A DNA stretch of 49,305 bases. Origin: a virus. Taxonomy: Duplodnaviria; Caudoviricetes. Position 1 is the stretch's first letter. Every line of letters begins with the position of its first letter. Shown one piece after another: positions 46,601 to 49,305 of the stretch. The notes under the pieces were generated by a model that made no database searches, was not told the origin of the DNA, and worked only from the letters and a program-made list of their open reading frames with translations. The position numbers and the translations under genes are program-made. Where the stretch lies: the IMG/VR virus record IMGVR_UViG_3300033067_000179, positions 1 to 49,305 of that record; one strand, given 5' to 3'.

Positions 46601-46908
46601 AGGGGTGTAACCTCTTCAAAAGCTTCTTTCACCAGTTGACCACCATCACCAGACTCATCAACCACACGAATAACAGGTCCTTGATCCAGCCAACAAGCCT
46701 CATACGTCTTTTCTTGCCACACTACAGTGGCCGCTTTTAGATGCGGCCGAATATCCGGTCGAATTTGGGCAAGTACGCCTGCCTTCGATACACACGGAGT
46801 ATTGTGCAAAGTAACGGAATCTCCGGAAGGAGTCTTGAAACGCCAGTCCGCAAGGCTAGATCCTGAAACCAAACACGCGAAAGCGAAAACAAGAAGTTTT
46901 TTGAACAC
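46597..46908 (-). CDS. secreted/periplasmic protein with signal peptide
   Basis: AAGGAG RBS plus GTG; KK-hydrophobic-SLA|D; two Cys in mature part. Confidence 0.7.
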   Translation of the reverse strand: MFKKLLVFAFACLVSGSSLADWRFKTPSGDSVTLHNTPCVSKAGVLAQIRPDIRPHLKAATVVWQEKTYEACWLDQGPVIRVVDESGDGGQLVKEAFEEVTPL

Positions 46909-46950
46909 GAGAAGTTCTCCTTTTGAGATTATTACCTGCATATGACTATT

Positions 46951-46979
46951 ATTATACACGAATAATTAAAAAAAGTCAA
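46951..46979 (-). promoter_or_regulatory. sigma70-type promoter for the structural arm
   Basis: TTGACT-17 nt-TATAAT on minus strand. Confidence 0.8.
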
Positions 46980-47007
46980 GAACTATTTGTAATTTCTTTT
47001 ACAAGAA

Positions 47008-47130
47008 GTATTATATAGTATTTATATATATTATATATATATAGTATTATATATAATTATATGTATTTATATAGTATTATATATATATATAGTTATATAT
47101 GTATTTATATATAATATATAATAATATACA
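47008..47130. repeat. extremely AT-rich TA-repeat tract (candidate origin or terminal region)
   Basis: repeats AGTATTATATA x3, ATGTATTTATATA x2; lies between divergent arms. Confidence 0.7.
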
Positions 47131-47653
47131 GTCCCCCGAGCAAAAGAAGTCCATGCGAGGGGTCGTCTTTCCCCCGAGCACATTAAAAGTTCCAGCAGGG
47201 GCCTTCTAAGGCTCCCTGAGCGATTTATCGGACAAGGTAGTACCCTAGACACTACCCGGAATCTAAAATTAACTAGCGCCGTTATAAACAGCCTTCCACA
47301 CTTTTTCCAGCCTCCAAGTTTTCCCCCCCACCCCCTTCATCCAGCCCTGCCCAGAATAAATACTCTAATACGGACATTAATGGATAATGTATAAGTTATC
47401 AATGTGTGTTTATACACTGTCTTTATAATCAGTAGTTTGCTTTGTCTCCTTAATAGGGATTGGCTATCAACATTCCCCCACTGATCCGGCCCTTAATGCT
47501 GGATACTAAGCCCGTAATCGGGAGCGAGGTTTCGATAGAAAAATATCATAGCCCCTACGCTGCGCTAAGGATCTGGCATTAACGCGCAGAGAATCAATGA
47601 CTTACGGATCAGACCTACTAGATCTAGTGGGGCTTGACAGGTTTTAGCGCGAC

Positions 47654-47681
47654 TTGACTGTACCGCCCACTATGGCACAAT
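47654..47681 (+). promoter_or_regulatory. sigma70-type promoter for GC-rich first gene
   Basis: TTGACT-16 nt-CACAAT with TGn; extra TTGACA at 47634. Confidence 0.5.
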
Positions 47682-47742
47682 AGGAGTGTGTCGCGCACCT
47701 GCGCTACACGCAGTACCCAACCTACCAAACGGAGATTCAACG

Positions 47743-48354
47743 ATGGCTAAAAAAGTTGACAATGCGCAAGTGATCGGTGAGATGAACGAAGCGGATCAGG
47801 CGGAGATGCTGGTGATCGCGGAGAAACTCGAAGCCGCGCAGGGCGAGGGCTGGGCGTTCACTCGCCGCGTTATGTCGGAGATGTATGCTCCGATCCGCGA
47901 GGCCAAACAGCCGGGGCCGCTCGTCAAGCGCACGATCCTCATTGAAAACTTCCTGATGTACCTTCCCCCCGTCACTCCGGCCTATGCGACTTTCCGCCAG
48001 TACGCGCAGCGCATCGCGTCGCTGCTGGTGTCGGGGATCGCGGTTCCGGGTTCGAACGACGATGCGGATGCGCTCGTTAAGGCCGCGAACGCGGATCTCG
48101 GTATCGGCCGCCGGGAGAAAGCCCCGAAACAGCCGAAGGGCGCGAAGGGCGCGCAGAACAACGCTGCCCCGGAAAACGCGATCGACGTAGTGCTGGCCGT
48201 GCTGAAGACGGAAGGCAAGGGGAAGGCGAAATTCCTTGCGGCCCTTCGGAAACACGGGTACGAGTTGATGCCCGTTCTCGAAGCGGAGAAGCTTCGCGGC
48301 GACGCGAAGCACAACGCGGAAGCGCCGGCCCCCCGGCAACTGCGCGCCGCCTAA
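47743..48354 (+). CDS. GC-rich hypothetical protein (203 aa), monocistronic
   Basis: GGAG RBS plus ATG 47743; strong GC3 bias; own promoter and terminator. Confidence 0.85.
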   Translation: MAKKVDNAQVIGEMNEADQAEMLVIAEKLEAAQGEGWAFTRRVMSEMYAPIREAKQPGPLVKRTILIENFLMYLPPVTPAYATFRQYAQRIASLLVSGIAVPGSNDDADALVKAANADLGIGRREKAPKQPKGAKGAQNNAAPENAIDVVLAVLKTEGKGKAKFLAALRKHGYELMPVLEAEKLRGDAKHNAEAPAPRQLRAA

Positions 48355-48375
48355 CCTGCGACGCTCCACCCTCAC

Positions 48376-48403
48376 AACCCCGGCGCAAGCCGGGGTTTTT
48401 TTT
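48376..48403 (+). terminator. rho-independent terminator
   Basis: CCCCGGC-GCAA-GCCGGGG followed by T8. Confidence 0.92.
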
Positions 48404-48485
48404 CGCCCATAGTTTGTGTAATTCCCACCTAGTACCAGACCCTAAGCGCATAGCGCTAGGGTCGATCATTAATTGGGTAGACGCG

Positions 48486-48536
48486 CGTGTATGTATGTGT
48501 GTGTATTACTACTATGTATGTATGTATGCGTATGTG
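48486..48536. repeat. GT/TATG microsatellite-like tract
   Basis: GTGTATGTATGTGTGTGT...TATGTATGTATGTATGCGTATGTG. Confidence 0.6.
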
Positions 48537-48600
48537 AAAAGGTCGATCATAAACGGGGCATCATGGGGCAGGCAGGCAGCTACATCGGCATTAGCACGAC

Positions 48601-48628
48601 TTGACCCTACCGTCAAGTATGTTATAAT
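48601..48628 (+). promoter_or_regulatory. strong sigma70 promoter (extended -10)
   Basis: TTGACC-16 nt-TATAAT with TGn. Confidence 0.8.
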
Positions 48629-48662
48629 ATATATGTTGGGTAGTTGATTCGATACCAACCCC

Positions 48663-49153
48663 GCCCCTTAACAACTCACTAAAACGCGGTACTTACAACA
48701 ACAGTATTAAGTTGTAAGTCCGTACCAGAGTAGGTCCACCGAGAAATCGGCACGCGGCCGCAATCTTCTGCGGCCCAATAGTGAGTTCCTGTCCAACGCG
48801 ATTCGCAGAGTGTCAGCCGGGTTCGATCCCCGGTGAAGCTAGTTAGAGCCTGATTTTAGGTAGCTATACTAGTTTGGGCTAAACCAAAGGCGTCCATATA
48901 CCAACGAGTTAGAGCTAGTTGGGTATGCGGTCCGGCACAACGGTAGTGATGGTGCTCACTCCCTAAGCTGTAATAATCGGTGTAGTAGCTCTGGTGATTA
49001 GTCTGATTAGCAATCTCTCTTAGTGTGAGTGCGGAGGGAACAGGTGTCCAAACCTATTGCGAAACGCGAAAGGATTAATCCATAGCCCCCTAACACCTAA
49101 CAGGTCTGCGGTCAAAGTAGCAGCGGGGGCAAAGGGTCTCACCCTTTAAGGGC
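48663..49153 (+). ncRNA. candidate large structured non-coding RNA (~490 nt)
   Basis: no ORF of 60 aa or more; closing helix CCCTTAA/TTAAGGG, 9-bp AACTCACTA/TAGTGAGTT, many nested hairpins, T-loop GGGTTCGATCCC, GAAA tetraloop. Confidence 0.7.
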
Positions 49154-49179
49154 ACTAGCACTGTGCTAGGAGAATCACT

Positions 49180-49305
49180 ATGAAATGCAACAAAGTCACT
49201 GCCCAAGTCATCCTTGGTGTCCTCACGATCATGGGATACATTCGTGTCCCGCGTCTGATGGACGATCCGCTCGCGCCTATTGACTGGGTGCTCAAGCGGA
49301 TCACG
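49180..49305 (+). CDS. small hypothetical protein, continues across the window junction (48 aa if circular)
   Basis: AGGAG RBS; 42 codons to the end, then in-frame SSEALG* at 1-21. Confidence 0.6.
   Translation, partial: MKCNKVTAQVILGVLTIMGYIRVPRLMDDPLAPIDWVLKRIT

Noticed and set aside
47008-47130. CRISPR array, or the 61-aa ORF 47067..47252
   Set aside because: Low-complexity TA repeats without a repeat-spacer period; the ORF is a Y/I-rich artefact
48812-48836. GGGTTCGATCCC as a sixth tRNA or a tmRNA end
   Set aside because: No acceptor stem, CCA, D-arm or anticodon arm around it; treated as a T-loop module of the larger RNA
1-49305. Prophage/temperate lifestyle or phage-encoded RNA polymerase
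   Set aside because: No integrase, repressor, host flanks or single-subunit RNAP motifs recognised; promoters are sigma70-like
1-49305. Alternative genetic code
   Set aside because: Standard code gives dense, coupled, full-length genes; no suppressor tRNA (Trp anticodon is CCA)

Overview
The window looks like a complete, circularly permuted ~49.3 kb lytic podovirus genome. An ORF starting at 49180 runs off the end in frame and stops at 19-21. There is no integrase and no RNA polymerase; transcription appears to use host sigma70-type promoters. The layout has two convergent arms, resembling PA11/CW02/cobavirus-type (Zobellviridae-like) phages (inferred from gene content, no search run). The + arm (47.7 kb through the junction to 21.7 kb) carries a GC-rich first gene, a ~500-nt densely base-paired non-coding region, 2 tRNAs and a six-enzyme phiEco32-type amidoligase/ATP-grasp/glutamine-amidotransferase cluster. 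It continues with separate primase and helicase, a split family A DNA polymerase, SSB, nucleases, nucleotide-metabolism genes, holin, a class II ribonucleotide reductase and a GH108 endolysin. The - arm (46.9 to 21.7 kb) carries TerS, two HNH genes, 3 tRNAs, TerL, portal, GroES, scaffold, capsid, tail genes and large ejection proteins. The best candidates for novelty are: (1) the large ornate ncRNA at ~48663-49153 behind a strong promoter; (2) a strand-polar GGTCGATCA motif concentrated in the early region; (3) the uncharacterised peptide-ligase cluster; (4) a ParB/Srx-like module bracketed by duplicated PGGKQxGVID motifs inside the 1705-aa ejection protein; (5) an unannotated ArfA-like 55-aa ORF. 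All calls come from reading by eye; no database search or folding program was run.
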